From: an uncultured Pelagibacteraceae bacterium
GTDB lineage: Bacteria > Pseudomonadota > Alphaproteobacteria > Pelagibacterales > Pelagibacteraceae
Assembly (NCBI GenBank): GCA_902580275.1
Contig: CACHJZ010000005.1
Coordinates: forward strand, 36,065 to 100,064
Length of the DNA: 64,000 bases
Reading direction: 5' to 3'
The position numbers and the translations under genes were made by a program. Below the pieces are notes generated by a model. The model was given only the letters and a program-made list of their open reading frames with translations, was not told the DNA's origin and ran no database searches. Numbering within the stretch: position 1 is the first letter of the stretch; every line of letters starts with the position of its first letter. Below, piece by piece: positions 1-10,282 of the stretch.

Positions 1-178
1 TGAAAAAGAAATTATTGAACTAAAAAAAAGCTCGCCAGAAAAGATAAACAAAATTGCAACTGAAACATCAGCACAATTAATTAAGCAATTGATTGGTGAA
101 GAGATAAATAATAGTAGTATTTCTGCAATTGTTGAGGATCTTTCTAAAAAAAATAAAGGTAAATATTATGGCAATTGA
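1..178 (+). CDS. ATP synthase F0 subunit b' (C-terminal fragment, truncated by window edge)
   Basis: Frame from position 2 reads EKEIIELKKSSPEKINKIATETSAQLIKQLIGEE...KGKYYGN* (TGA 176-178). It overlaps the atpF start, matching the b'-b order of alphaproteobacterial atpIBEF'F operons. Confidence 0.8.
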   Translation, partial: EKEIIELKKSSPEKINKIATETSAQLIKQLIGEEINNSSISAIVEDLSKKNKGKYYGN

Positions 179-665
179 TGCAACATTTTGGGTAGCGGTA
201 TCTTTTTTTATTTTTGTAGCTGTTCTTGTTTATTTTAAAATTCCTCAAAAGGTAAATGAAACCTTAAATAAACTTATTTCAGATATTAGAAATGAAATTG
301 ATGAAAGTGAGAAATTACGAGAAGAGTCAAAAATTATGTTAGATAATGCCCAAGCTAAATTGGATAGCGCTAAATCAGAAGTAAAAGAAATCTCAGATAG
401 AGCCAAACAGGATAGTGAAAAACTTATTATAGAGATGAATGATAAATTTCATAAAATGTCAGATATAAAAAAAAATTTAGCAAAATCTAAAATTTCGCAA
501 ATGAAAGAGGCAGCGCTTAATGATATTAAAAAAGCATCAATCAGTATTGCTGTTGACTCAGTAAAAAAAGCAATTTCGACATCAGTAGATAAATCTAAAC
601 TAGATAATTTATTTTCAAAAGATTTAGAGCAAACAAAAAGTCTACTTAAAAAGATTAATTCTTAA
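168..665 (+). CDS. atpF: ATP synthase F0 subunit b
   Basis: MAIDATFWVAVSFFIFV N-terminal TM followed by a long charged helix. The likely start is ATG 168 rather than TTG 129. Confidence 0.9.
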   Translation: MAIDATFWVAVSFFIFVAVLVYFKIPQKVNETLNKLISDIRNEIDESEKLREESKIMLDNAQAKLDSAKSEVKEISDRAKQDSEKLIIEMNDKFHKMSDIKKNLAKSKISQMKEAALNDIKKASISIAVDSVKKAISTSVDKSKLDNLFSKDLEQTKSLLKKINS

Positions 666-666
666 T

Positions 667-692
667 GTAACTATAAATTAGTTACTTTTTTT
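667..692 (+). terminator. Rho-independent terminator of the atp F0 operon
   Basis: GTAACTA-taaat-TAGTTAC stem followed by T7, immediately after the atpF stop. Confidence 0.65.
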
Positions 693-716
693 CAAAATAA
701 TATAGATTAAATATTT

Positions 717-2180
717 ATGGATTCTATTGTAATTGGTTCTGGTTTTGGTGGTATAGCAGCTGCACTGCGGCTAAGGGCGAAAGGTCATAACGTTACATTG
801 ATAGAAAAACATAAAGATCTTGGTGGCAGAGCAAGAGTGTTTAAAAAAAATGGTTTCACATTTGATGGTGGACCAACTGTTATCACTGCTCCCTACCTTA
901 TCAATGAACTATTTGAATTGTTTAAAAAAAAACCAGAAAATTATATAAAACTGCAACCTCTCCAGACATGGTATCAATTTATTTTTGAGGATAAGACAAA
1001 ATTCAATTATTCAGGAAATGAAAATGATATGAAAAAGCAAATTGAAAATATCAGCAAAGAAGATGTCGAGGGTTATTCGAACTTAGTAAGTTTCACAAAA
1101 AAAATTTTTGATAAAGGTTTTACCGAACTAGCTGATGTGCCATTTAATAAACCATTTGTAATGATTCAACAGTTACCAGCTTTATTAAAGTTAAAAAGCT
1201 ATAAATCGGTTTATTCCTTAGTTTCATCTTATGTTAAAAATGAGAAGCTCAGAAGAATGTTGAGTATGCACCCATTATTAGTAGGTGGAAACCCTTTTAC
1301 TACGACATCAATATATGGATTAATTTTATATTTAGAAAAGAAATGGGGAATTCATTATTCTATGGGTGGAACCGGGAATATTATAAGTGGACTCGAAAAA
1401 TTGATGAATGAAGTAGGAATTCAAATAATTAAAGGTCACGAAGTAAATAAAATAACTTTAAAAGAAAAAAAAATAACAGGAGTCCAATTGGACGATAAAC
1501 AAAACATAAATGCTGACAACGTAGTATGCAATGCAGATCCACCTGCGGTATATGAAAATTTATTAAATGGTAGTAAAAGAAGTTCTTTACTATTTGAATG
1601 GAAAAAAAATAGAATGGAATATTCAATGGGATTATTTGTTTATTATTTCGGCACTAAAAAAATTTATGATTCAATAGAACATCACACAATAAAATTTGGC
1701 AATAAATATAAAGAACATTTAGACGACATATTTGATAATAAAAAATTAAATAACGATATAAGTTATTATCTACATAGGCCCTCTGCCACGGATAAGTATA
1801 TGGCTCCAGAGGGTCATGATTGTTTTTATGTTTTAGTACCAGTTCCTAACAATCAATCTAATATTGATTGGAAAATTGAAGGTGAAAAAATGAAAGATCT
1901 AGTAATAGATAAGATGGAAGGCGATTTAATGCCAGATTTGAGAAAAAACATTGTTGAAGATTTTTATCTAACGCCTGATTATTTCGAAAAAGATCTTAAT
2001 ACAAAATATGGTTCTGGTTTCTCAATACAGCCAAAATTTTCTCAGTCAGCTTATTTTAGATTTCACAATAAATCAGAAATTTATGACGGGTTATACTTTG
2101 TAGGAGCTGGAACACATCCTGGTGCAGGTGTTCCTGGTGTCCTATCATCTGCAAAAGTTCTTGATAAAATTTTACGATGA
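717..2180 (+). CDS. crtI: Phytoene desaturase
   Basis: GSGFGG FAD-binding motif, FDGGPTVIT, C-terminal GAGTHPGAGVPGV signature. Confidence 0.95.
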   Translation: MDSIVIGSGFGGIAAALRLRAKGHNVTLIEKHKDLGGRARVFKKNGFTFDGGPTVITAPYLINELFELFKKKPENYIKLQPLQTWYQFIFEDKTKFNYSGNENDMKKQIENISKEDVEGYSNLVSFTKKIFDKGFTELADVPFNKPFVMIQQLPALLKLKSYKSVYSLVSSYVKNEKLRRMLSMHPLLVGGNPFTTTSIYGLILYLEKKWGIHYSMGGTGNIISGLEKLMNEVGIQIIKGHEVNKITLKEKKITGVQLDDKQNINADNVVCNADPPAVYENLLNGSKRSSLLFEWKKNRMEYSMGLFVYYFGTKKIYDSIEHHTIKFGNKYKEHLDDIFDNKKLNNDISYYLHRPSATDKYMAPEGHDCFYVLVPVPNNQSNIDWKIEGEKMKDLVIDKMEGDLMPDLRKNIVEDFYLTPDYFEKDLNTKYGSGFSIQPKFSQSAYFRFHNKSEIYDGLYFVGAGTHPGAGVPGVLSSAKVLDKILR

Positions 2181-3025
2181 CCAAAAGTCTTTTATCCACT
2201 CATGCAAAATCTTTTAGTTGGGCAGGCTTTTTTTTACCAAAGAATAAATATAAAGATAGTTCTGATTTATATGATTTTTGTAGAACATTAGATGATATTG
2301 TTGATCAAGATCTTTTACTTAGCGAAAAAATTAAAAAATTTAATTCATTTAAAAAAGACTTTGAGAATAAAAACTTTGAGAATAAAAATATCAAAAAAAT
2401 ATATTTACTCATTCAAAAATTTAGCATTCATAGCAGTATCGTAAAAGATTTATTCGATGGAGTTGAAACAGATTTAAAAGAAAAGGTAACCTTTGATACA
2501 AAAAAAGAGTTAATAATATATTCCTATCGTGTTGCTGGTACCGTTGGACTAATGATGGCGAAGATTTTGAATGTTAGATCTAAAAGTTCATTAATGTCTG
2601 CAATTGATTTAGGGATAGCAATGCAATTAACAAATATAGCGAGAGATGTATTAGAAGATAAAAATAGAAATAGGAAGTATATAAATTCAAATTTTGAGAC
2701 AATAGAGAATACAATAAAATTTGCTGACATTTTTTATAAAAGATCTTTTAGTGCCATAAGTGAAATACCGTTTTTAAGTAGATTTGCGATTTTAGTTGCA
2801 AGAAGAGTCTATAGAGAGATCGGGAACGAGATTTTAAAAAAGAAAAATATGGAAAATTACAAATCTGCAGGAAAAATTTATGTTTCGTCCTTAGGAAAGT
2901 TTAACCAAACAATTTTAAGTATTTTAGATATGTTTAACTTATATTATTCAAAAAAAGATAATGAAATTGAGAGAAAAGAACATGCTTTAATTAAAGAGGA
3001 AATAAATTTAGATGAAAGAATTTGA
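2177..3025 (+). CDS. crtB: Phytoene synthase
   Basis: LYDFCRTLDDIVD, YSYRVAGTVG and AMQLTNIARDVLED motifs. Confidence 0.93.
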   Translation: MTKSLLSTHAKSFSWAGFFLPKNKYKDSSDLYDFCRTLDDIVDQDLLLSEKIKKFNSFKKDFENKNFENKNIKKIYLLIQKFSIHSSIVKDLFDGVETDLKEKVTFDTKKELIIYSYRVAGTVGLMMAKILNVRSKSSLMSAIDLGIAMQLTNIARDVLEDKNRNRKYINSNFETIENTIKFADIFYKRSFSAISEIPFLSRFAILVARRVYREIGNEILKKKNMENYKSAGKIYVSSLGKFNQTILSILDMFNLYYSKKDNEIERKEHALIKEEINLDERI

Positions 3026-4076
3026 TTATATTATTATTGGCGGTGGATGTGCGGGCTTATCTTTGGCATATGAGCTTGATATAAACAAAAAGTTAGATAA
3101 GAAAACTCTAGCAATTATTGAAATTAGAGAGAAATATAAAAGAGATAAAACTTGGTCTTTTTGGAAAGTGGTTGACCATAATTTTGAGGATTGTGTTATA
3201 AAAAGCTGGAATAATTTTACAATTAACTCTCTTCACGGTTCTCATGAAATGGTAAATAAACAATATCCATACCAAACTATTGATAGTGGTTTATTTTACA
3301 AAAAAGTAATAGATAGCTTGAAAAAGAATCAAAACATTCAATTTCTAAAAGATATAAATAGCTTAAATACTAAAAATTCTTTTATATTTAATAGTATTTC
3401 AACTAATCAAATTCATGACTCTAATTTCTGGCAACATTTTAAAGGTATAGAGATTGAAACTCAAAAAAATATTTTTGATGATGAAATCTTCAATTTAATG
3501 GACTTCAATTGTGATCAAAGAAATAATGTGCATTTTTTTTATACTTTGCCTTTTGCAAAAAATAAGGCTTTAGTTGAAACTACATGGTTGTCGAAAATGA
3601 ATGATAAAACTCTATACGATTATGATGTGCAGTTGGAAAATTATATTAAAGAAACGCTTAAAATAAAAAATTACAAAATTAAATATGAAGAAGAGGGTGC
3701 AATACCCCTTTTTTATCCAATTAATAAAGTAGAACAAAATAAACTTAATATTGGCTCTGCTGGATGCATGACACGTCTAAGTACTGGTTATACCTTTTTA
3801 AATATTCAAGAGCATAGTAAATATATAACCAAAAATATTGAAATGATTAAAAAAGCGAAAATTTATCATATTGGAAAAAAATATGAGTTTCTTGATAAGA
3901 TATTCTTGAATGTATTAAAGAGACATCCTGATAAAATGCCAAAAATATTTTTTGATATGTTTAATGGATCATCCGAGGCTGTGATTAAATTTCTTTCTAA
4001 TAAAAGTAATTTTTTTGAAGATTTAAAAGTAATTTTCAAAATGCCAAAAATGCTATTTATTAAAAATATATTTTAA
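3012..4076 (+). CDS. crtY: Lycopene beta-cyclase
   Basis: GGGCAGLSLA Rossmann motif, DKTWSFW, LMDF, STGYTF; position within the crt operon. Confidence 0.88.
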   Translation: MKEFDYIIIGGGCAGLSLAYELDINKKLDKKTLAIIEIREKYKRDKTWSFWKVVDHNFEDCVIKSWNNFTINSLHGSHEMVNKQYPYQTIDSGLFYKKVIDSLKKNQNIQFLKDINSLNTKNSFIFNSISTNQIHDSNFWQHFKGIEIETQKNIFDDEIFNLMDFNCDQRNNVHFFYTLPFAKNKALVETTWLSKMNDKTLYDYDVQLENYIKETLKIKNYKIKYEEEGAIPLFYPINKVEQNKLNIGSAGCMTRLSTGYTFLNIQEHSKYITKNIEMIKKAKIYHIGKKYEFLDKIFLNVLKRHPDKMPKIFFDMFNGSSEAVIKFLSNKSNFFEDLKVIFKMPKMLFIKNIF

Positions 4077-4080
4077 TAAT

Positions 4081-4977
4081 ATGAATAGAATTAATTATTT
4101 ACATTCTTTAATTTTTTTTAATATTTGTATTCTATTGTCAGCATTTGATTTTTTACATAATAATGATTTTTTAATTATATCCTTATTTTTAATACTAAGT
4201 TTAGGAATATCCCACGGAGCGTTAGATCATTTAAAAGGAATGAGATTATTGAAGATTTTAAAGCATGAAACAATTTATGTTTTTTATTTTTTTTATATTT
4301 TATTAGCCTTTATTGTAATTTTTGCTTGGATGATTTTGCCTAAATTTTTATTATTACTTTTTTTAATCGTTGCGTCTTATCATTTTGGCAAAGAAGACTC
4401 AGAATTTATAAAATTAAATTCAAAAAATGATATAATTTATTTTTTTAAAGGAAGTTTAGTCATAGCCGCTCCATTATTGTTCCATAAAAGTGAAACTCTA
4501 AAAATTTTTATGGATTTAAATTTTAATGTATCTCAAAGTTTTTTTGTATCTAATGAATTTATTTATTTTTTAATTGTTTTAAGTTTTATATCAAATATAA
4601 TTATCTCACTAAATAAGGATATTAATATTAAGGCTCTTCTTTTGATGGATTTTATATCTGTCTTATTAATAAATTTTTTTCTACAACCAATTTTAGCATT
4701 TACAATTTACTTTTGTTTTTTACACTCAATTAGACATTCATTTAAATTATCGAATGAACTTAACACTAATAATTTTGTTAAAGGTGTTAAAAAATTTATA
4801 ATTAAAGCAGTTCCATTAACTATTTTAACTGCTATTTTATTTGTGGTATCACTATTTTTGTTGAATAATTATTATATTTTAGATGCAGCGGTATCAAAAG
4901 TTATATTTATTGGTTTGGCGTCTTTAACCTTTCCGCATATATTGCTCGAATATTTAGTCGAAAAAAATGAAAAATAA
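4081..4977 (+). CDS. blh: Brp/Blh beta-carotene 15,15'-dioxygenase (retinal-forming)
   Basis: Polytopic membrane protein with four His motifs: GISHGALD, SYHFG, LHSIRH, LTFPH. Confidence 0.93.
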   Translation: MNRINYLHSLIFFNICILLSAFDFLHNNDFLIISLFLILSLGISHGALDHLKGMRLLKILKHETIYVFYFFYILLAFIVIFAWMILPKFLLLLFLIVASYHFGKEDSEFIKLNSKNDIIYFFKGSLVIAAPLLFHKSETLKIFMDLNFNVSQSFFVSNEFIYFLIVLSFISNIIISLNKDINIKALLLMDFISVLLINFFLQPILAFTIYFCFLHSIRHSFKLSNELNTNNFVKGVKKFIIKAVPLTILTAILFVVSLFLLNNYYILDAAVSKVIFIGLASLTFPHILLEYLVEKNEK

Positions 4978-5140
4978 AAACATAAACTTATTAGGATGGA
5001 TATTGTTTATAATATCAGCGATTGGCTTTACTATATCGAGTATTGGTAGTTTCTGGGCAATGTTTGGTAGTCTTTTTTTTTTAGTAGCATGCCTTATATT
5101 TCTTATTCCATTTTTTAGAAAAGAAAGCGATGAAGACTAA
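4967..5140 (+). CDS. Small two-TM membrane protein (57 aa), absent from the ORF track
   Basis: MKNKNINLLGWILFIISAIGFTISSIGSFWAMFGSLFFLVACLIFLIPFFRKESDED*; overlaps both the blh stop and the ispH start, consistent with translational coupling. Confidence 0.75.
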   Translation: MKNKNINLLGWILFIISAIGFTISSIGSFWAMFGSLFFLVACLIFLIPFFRKESDED

Positions 5141-6074
5141 CGATTTAAAAATATACCTGGCATCACCAAGGGGTTTCTGCGCAGGTGTTGATAGAGCAAT
5201 TGAAATTGTAAAAAAAAGTATTTCAAAATATGGTGCTCCAGTATATGTGAGACACGAAATTGTTCATAACAAACATGTTGTTGAAAGCTTAAAAAAAATT
5301 GGAGCCATATTTGTTGAGGAATTGGATGAAATCAAAGATAAATCTAGACCAGTAATATTTTCTGCTCACGGTGTACCAAAAAAAATACCTAATGAAGCAA
5401 AAGAACTAAATATGGAATATGTTGATGCAACATGTCCACTCGTTACTAAAGTACATAGAGAAGCAGAGAATTTATATAAAAATGGATCACATGTTCTTTT
5501 GATTGGCCATAAAAATCATCCTGAAGTAATAGGAACTATGGGTCAAATTCCATCTGATGGCATAGATCTAATTCAAAGTTTAGATGATGTGGATAAGTAT
5601 ACTAAAAAGAATGATAAAAAATTAGCGTTTATTACTCAGACAACCCTGTCCGTTGACGATACAAAAGATATAGTTGATGGATTAAAGAAGAAATTTCCAG
5701 AGATAAGAGAACCAAAAAAAGAGGATATCTGTTATGCGACTACTAATAGACAAGCTGCAGTTAAAAAAATCGCCAACAAATGTGATATGTTTTTTGTTAT
5801 TGGAAGTAGAAATTCATCGAATTCTTTAAGACTGGTAGAAGTTGCAAAAAATTCAGGTTGTGAAAATTCTATCCTCCTACATTCAGAAAGCGATGTACCA
5901 TTTGATAAAATTGATAAGTGCAAGAGCATAGGTATCTCTTCAGGTGCATCTGCGCCAGAAGTATTAGTGGAACAGTTTTTAGATCAAATTAAAAAAAAAT
6001 ATAATATTTCTGTCGAAGAGGTTGAAATTGTAAAAGAAGACGTAACTTTCAAAATTCCTGGAAAATTAAATTAA
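5130..6074 (+). CDS. ispH: 4-hydroxy-3-methylbut-2-enyl diphosphate reductase
   Basis: PRGFCAGVDRA, HEIVHN, SAHG, DATCPLV, ICYATTNRQ, SSNS, GASAP. Confidence 0.97.
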   Translation: MKTNDLKIYLASPRGFCAGVDRAIEIVKKSISKYGAPVYVRHEIVHNKHVVESLKKIGAIFVEELDEIKDKSRPVIFSAHGVPKKIPNEAKELNMEYVDATCPLVTKVHREAENLYKNGSHVLLIGHKNHPEVIGTMGQIPSDGIDLIQSLDDVDKYTKKNDKKLAFITQTTLSVDDTKDIVDGLKKKFPEIREPKKEDICYATTNRQAAVKKIANKCDMFFVIGSRNSSNSLRLVEVAKNSGCENSILLHSESDVPFDKIDKCKSIGISSGASAPEVLVEQFLDQIKKKYNISVEEVEIVKEDVTFKIPGKLN

Positions 6075-7042
6075 TGGCAGTTTTTACAAAAATAAATTCT
6101 AAGGATATAAAAAAAATAGAAAATATTTTTAATCTTGGCTCAATTAATCAGGTAAAAGGCATTAAAAAAGGAATAGAAAATACTAACTATATAGTCAAAT
6201 TTAATAGCACAAAGTTTGTTTTAACAATTTTTGAAAAACGGGTAAAAACTAAAGATCTGCCATTTTTTATGAAACTTATGTCGGGGCTTTCAAACTTAAA
6301 AATCAATTGCCCAAGACCCGTTAAAACAAAAAAAAATAGTTATCTTTTTAATATAAAGAAAAAAAAAGCTTGTCTTGTAAGTTTTTTGCAGGGTAATGAT
6401 AAAAAAAATTTAACACCAAAAGATTGTTATATTTTAGGAAAAAATATAGCGATCTTACATAGAGCCTCAAAAAAATTAAACTTGTATAGAAAAAATTCAT
6501 TAGATGTAAAATCATGGTCTAAGTTAAATAAAAAGATTGATAAAAGAATTAACAAGCTATCAAAAAACTTCAAAAATATAATAGAGGAAAATATTTCTAA
6601 TATTGAAAAAAATTGGCCAAAAAACTTGCCTAAAGGCGTTATACACGCTGATCTTTTCATAGATAATATATTCTTTTTTAGAAAAAAATTTTATGGTTTT
6701 ATAGATTTTTACTTTTCTTCAACAGATTTTTATGCATATGAACTAGCTACTTGTATTAATGCTATATGTTTTAAAAAAAAGAGGAGCCAATATATTCTTG
6801 ACCTTAATAAATCTTCTAATCTTTTAAAAGGATATCAAAAAATAAGAAAATTAAATTCATCTGAAAAGAATAATTTTAATATTCTTTGTAAAGGTTCAGC
6901 ACTTAGGTATTTGTTAACAAGATCATATGATTTTCTTAACACACCAAAAACAGCATTAATAAAAGTAAAAGACCCAAAAGAATATTTAAAAAAACTTATT
7001 TTTCATAATAATTTATGCAATTTTAAAAATTATATAAAATGA
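6074..7042 (+). CDS. thrB: Homoserine kinase (type II, APH fold)
   Basis: MAVFT start, GIENTNY, IHADLFIDN, IDFYF, KDPKEY; conserved ispH-thrB-rnhA order. Confidence 0.92.
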   Translation: MAVFTKINSKDIKKIENIFNLGSINQVKGIKKGIENTNYIVKFNSTKFVLTIFEKRVKTKDLPFFMKLMSGLSNLKINCPRPVKTKKNSYLFNIKKKKACLVSFLQGNDKKNLTPKDCYILGKNIAILHRASKKLNLYRKNSLDVKSWSKLNKKIDKRINKLSKNFKNIIEENISNIEKNWPKNLPKGVIHADLFIDNIFFFRKKFYGFIDFYFSSTDFYAYELATCINAICFKKKRSQYILDLNKSSNLLKGYQKIRKLNSSEKNNFNILCKGSALRYLLTRSYDFLNTPKTALIKVKDPKEYLKKLIFHNNLCNFKNYIK

Positions 7043-7464
7043 TAAAGATTTATACAGATGGTTCGTGTTTAGAAAATCCAGGCAACGGGGGTTGGGCTGC
7101 TATAATTATTATCAATAAAGAAAAAAAAATTATTTCTGGAAACCAGAAAAATACTACCAATAACAGGATGGAACTATTAGCACCAATTGAAGCTTTAAAA
7201 ACTCTTGAAATTAATTCAGAGATAGAAATCATTACGGATTCAAAATACGTTAAATTGGGAATTACAGAATGGATAAATAATTGGAAAAAAAATGGTTGGA
7301 AAACTGCAAACAAGAAAGAAGTCAAAAATATAGAACTATGGAAAGAATTAGATAGTTTAGTTGAAAATTTTAACATTAAATGGTCCTGGGTTAAGGGTCA
7401 CTCAACAGATCAATTAAATAATGAAGTCGATTTAATTGCTAAAAAAGCAGCAAACCTAAATTAA
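7039..7464 (+). CDS. rnhA: Ribonuclease HI
   Basis: YTDGSC, TTNNRMEL, TDSKYV, WVKGH, NEVD. Confidence 0.96.
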   Translation: MIKIYTDGSCLENPGNGGWAAIIIINKEKKIISGNQKNTTNNRMELLAPIEALKTLEINSEIEIITDSKYVKLGITEWINNWKKNGWKTANKKEVKNIELWKELDSLVENFNIKWSWVKGHSTDQLNNEVDLIAKKAANLN

Positions 7465-7941
7465 ATTTAGAAAATTTTCTGCTGCCGAGATTTCACACAT
7501 TCCTGTTTCTTTTTCTTCTTGGATTTGTAAAATTTTATTATCTTCAATCAACATGGTATATCTATTTGATCGAATTCCAAGACCTCTGCCAGATTTATCA
7601 ACCTCAGCTCCTATAGATTTTGTAAAAGTTAAGAAAGGATCTCCCAACATTAAAATATTTTCATGAACATTTTGTTTTTTTCCCCACGCATTCATTACAA
7701 AAGGATCATTTACAGCAATACAAGCTATTAATTCGATCCCTTTAGATTTAAATCGATCAATATTATTTAAATATCCAGGAAGATGCTTTGAAGAGCAAAC
7801 AGATGTAAAAGCACCAGGCATGCCAAGTAATATAGATTTTTTTTCTTGAAACATCTTTTTAACTCTAATTTTCACTGGCTCATTGTTTATAAGTTGAAAA
7901 ACTTCAACATCAGGAATGATGTCTTTAATTTTTAACTTCAT
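7456..7941 (-). CDS. Peroxiredoxin (Prx5/atypical 2-Cys type)
   Basis: PGAFTSVCS peroxidatic motif, VNDPFVM, RSNRY. Confidence 0.92.
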   Translation of the reverse strand: MKLKIKDIIPDVEVFQLINNEPVKIRVKKMFQEKKSILLGMPGAFTSVCSSKHLPGYLNNIDRFKSKGIELIACIAVNDPFVMNAWGKKQNVHENILMLGDPFLTFTKSIGAEVDKSGRGLGIRSNRYTMLIEDNKILQIQEEKETGMCEISAAENFLNLI

Positions 7942-9311
7942 GCGGAATTTTTTTTTATATAGGATTTCAAACTCTGTATATTGTTTTTAAATACTACATA
8001 TTGTTCTTTTTGATTTAATATGCTCTTAAGATGACTTGGTAATTCCTCTTTTTTACCAATTGCTTTGAGAATAGCGTCAGGAAATTTACTTGGGTGAGCA
8101 GTTGCTAAAACAACATAATTTTTCCCGTTATGCTTTTTAACTGCCCCAGCTCCTATAGCAGTATGAGGATCAATTATAATACCACTATTTTTATATATAC
8201 TCTTAATTGTATCTAAGATTTCTTTTTCATTAAGACTTTCAGAAATAAAATCGTTTTGTATTTTTTTTAATGAACTTTGATCTAAGTTGAATTTATTGCT
8301 TTTAATATTATTCATTATTTCAACAATTTTGTTTGAATCCTCATTATAAATATCAAATAATAATCTCTCAAAATTACTTGCAACCTGAATATCCATACTT
8401 GGAGAAATTGTCTCTTGAACCTTATTTGCTTTATAATCACCTTTTGATATTGCTCTGTGAAGGATATCATTTTCATTTGTTGCTACTAACAACTTATCTA
8501 TTGGAAGGCCCATTTTCTTAGCCAGATATCCGGCGTAAACATCTCCAAAATTTCCAGTAGGAACAGAAAATGAAATTTTTTCTTGTACATCTAATTTAAA
8601 ATAGCAAAAAAAATAATAAACTGTTTGTGCAACTATTCTGGCCCAATTAATTGAATTTACACCTGACATGTTTATAGATTTAGAAAACTCATTGTCAGAA
8701 AACATTTCTTTAACAAGTTTTTGACAGTCGTCAAAGTTTCCCTCAACAGCGATATTAAATACGTTTTTTGATGGACTTGTAGTCATTAACATTCTCTGGA
8801 CTGGTGATATACGATTATTTGGATGTAAAACAAAAATATTTATGTTTTTTTTTCCTTTGACTGCATCTATCGCAGCTGCTCCTGTATCACCTGAAGTTGC
8901 AACAATGATATTTATTTTTTTAGTATTCTTACTTAAGTAATATTCATAAAAATTTCCAATAAGTTGCATTGCAACATCTTTGAAAGCTAGCGTAGGACCG
9001 TGAAAAAGCTCTAGTACATGTAAATCCTCTACTTTTTTAACTTTAACTACATTGTGCTCGTTAAATGTAGAATACGATTTTTTAACAATTTGGTGCAGTT
9101 TTTCATTAGAGCAAAAATCACCAGTGAATCTAGAAATGATTTCTGTAGCCAAATCAACATATGATAAATTTCTAAGTTTTAAAAATTCTTTATCAGATAA
9201 TTTTTTAATTTGTTTTGGCAGAAATAAACCGCCGTCATCAGAGAGTCCTTTAATAAATATATGCTCAAATTTCTCGCTAATCTTATCATTTCTAGTACTT
9301 AAATATTCCAT
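7938..9311 (-). CDS. thrC: Threonine synthase
   Basis: YLSTR, ELFHGPTLAFKD (PLP lysine), ATSGDTG, NSINWAR, VPTGNFG. Confidence 0.97.
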   Translation of the reverse strand: MEYLSTRNDKISEKFEHIFIKGLSDDGGLFLPKQIKKLSDKEFLKLRNLSYVDLATEIISRFTGDFCSNEKLHQIVKKSYSTFNEHNVVKVKKVEDLHVLELFHGPTLAFKDVAMQLIGNFYEYYLSKNTKKINIIVATSGDTGAAAIDAVKGKKNINIFVLHPNNRISPVQRMLMTTSPSKNVFNIAVEGNFDDCQKLVKEMFSDNEFSKSINMSGVNSINWARIVAQTVYYFFCYFKLDVQEKISFSVPTGNFGDVYAGYLAKKMGLPIDKLLVATNENDILHRAISKGDYKANKVQETISPSMDIQVASNFERLLFDIYNEDSNKIVEIMNNIKSNKFNLDQSSLKKIQNDFISESLNEKEILDTIKSIYKNSGIIIDPHTAIGAGAVKKHNGKNYVVLATAHPSKFPDAILKAIGKKEELPSHLKSILNQKEQYVVFKNNIQSLKSYIKKNSA

Positions 9312-9368
9312 GATTTTTTTATATCAGATAAATCTGATTTTCCTATGATATTAAGTGTAGTTTTTTAA

Positions 9369-10280
9369 TTAGATTAATTTATCTATCAAAAATAAAACAA
9401 ATATTAAAAACAAATAAAATATTGAGTAAGAGAAAACTTTTTTTGCCTTTTTTACCTCAAATTTATTCTTTTTAAATTTAAGAAGATCATAACAAATGTA
9501 ATTATAATAAATTGTTAAAACTAATGATGCTATCAAGAATAATTTTCCACTAAAGCCAATATAATATGGTAAAATTATTACCGGGAGCATAAAAAGTGAA
9601 TATATAAAGATTTTCTTTTTAGTTTCCTCTACTCCATTAGTATTTGGAAGCATTGGGATTTTTGCCTTTTCGTAATCTTTAGCTTTATACAAACTTAATG
9701 CCCAAAAGTGCGACGGCGTCCAATAAAATATAATTAAAAATAATGTAATTGGTTCAAATGTTAGTGAATTTGTTGCAATTGTCCAACCTATTACAGGTGG
9801 TAAGGCGCCAGAAGCTCCACCAATTACAATATTTTGTGGAGTTTTTCTTTTTAACCAAACAGTGTAAACAAAAACGTAAAAAACTATCGTTAAAAGCAAT
9901 AAAGATGCAGATATTAAATTTGAAAAATAATACAAACCAAAAACAGAAATAAATGATAGTGCAACACCAAACAATAATGCATCCTTTTTTTCAATTTTAC
10001 CTGTTGGAATTGGTCTTAAACATGTTCTAGACATTAATTTATCGAGATCTGCCTCATACCACATGTTTAATGTACCCGCTGCGCCAGCTCCAACAGCAAC
10101 GAAAAAAATACTTATCATAGCGTCAAATAATTCTACCTTAACCGGTGATACCAATAATCCAACTGCGCAAGTGAATATAACCAAAGACATTACCCTTGGC
10201 TTCATTAATAAAATTAGAGATTTTAAATAAGATGAAAAGTTAATTGAAACAGATTTTTTTTTTAAAATATTTGTACTCAC
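9369..10280 (-). CDS. cyoE: Protoheme IX farnesyltransferase (heme o synthase)
   Basis: LMKPRVMSL, DKLMSRTCLRPIP, KRKTPQNIVIGG, WTPSHFWAL; GTG start. Confidence 0.95.
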   Translation of the reverse strand: MSTNILKKKSVSINFSSYLKSLILLMKPRVMSLVIFTCAVGLLVSPVKVELFDAMISIFFVAVGAGAAGTLNMWYEADLDKLMSRTCLRPIPTGKIEKKDALLFGVALSFISVFGLYYFSNLISASLLLLTIVFYVFVYTVWLKRKTPQNIVIGGASGALPPVIGWTIATNSLTFEPITLFLIIFYWTPSHFWALSLYKAKDYEKAKIPMLPNTNGVEETKKKIFIYSLFMLPVIILPYYIGFSGKLFLIASLVLTIYYNYICYDLLKFKKNKFEVKKAKKVFSYSIFYLFLIFVLFLIDKLI

Positions 10281-10282
10281 TT

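Noticed and set aside
9323..9338. ATCAGAT-aa-ATCTGAT inverted repeat before thrC, considered as an operator or a replacement scar
   Set aside because: Short, and I found no matching copy at the other end of the oxidase locus; insufficient support.
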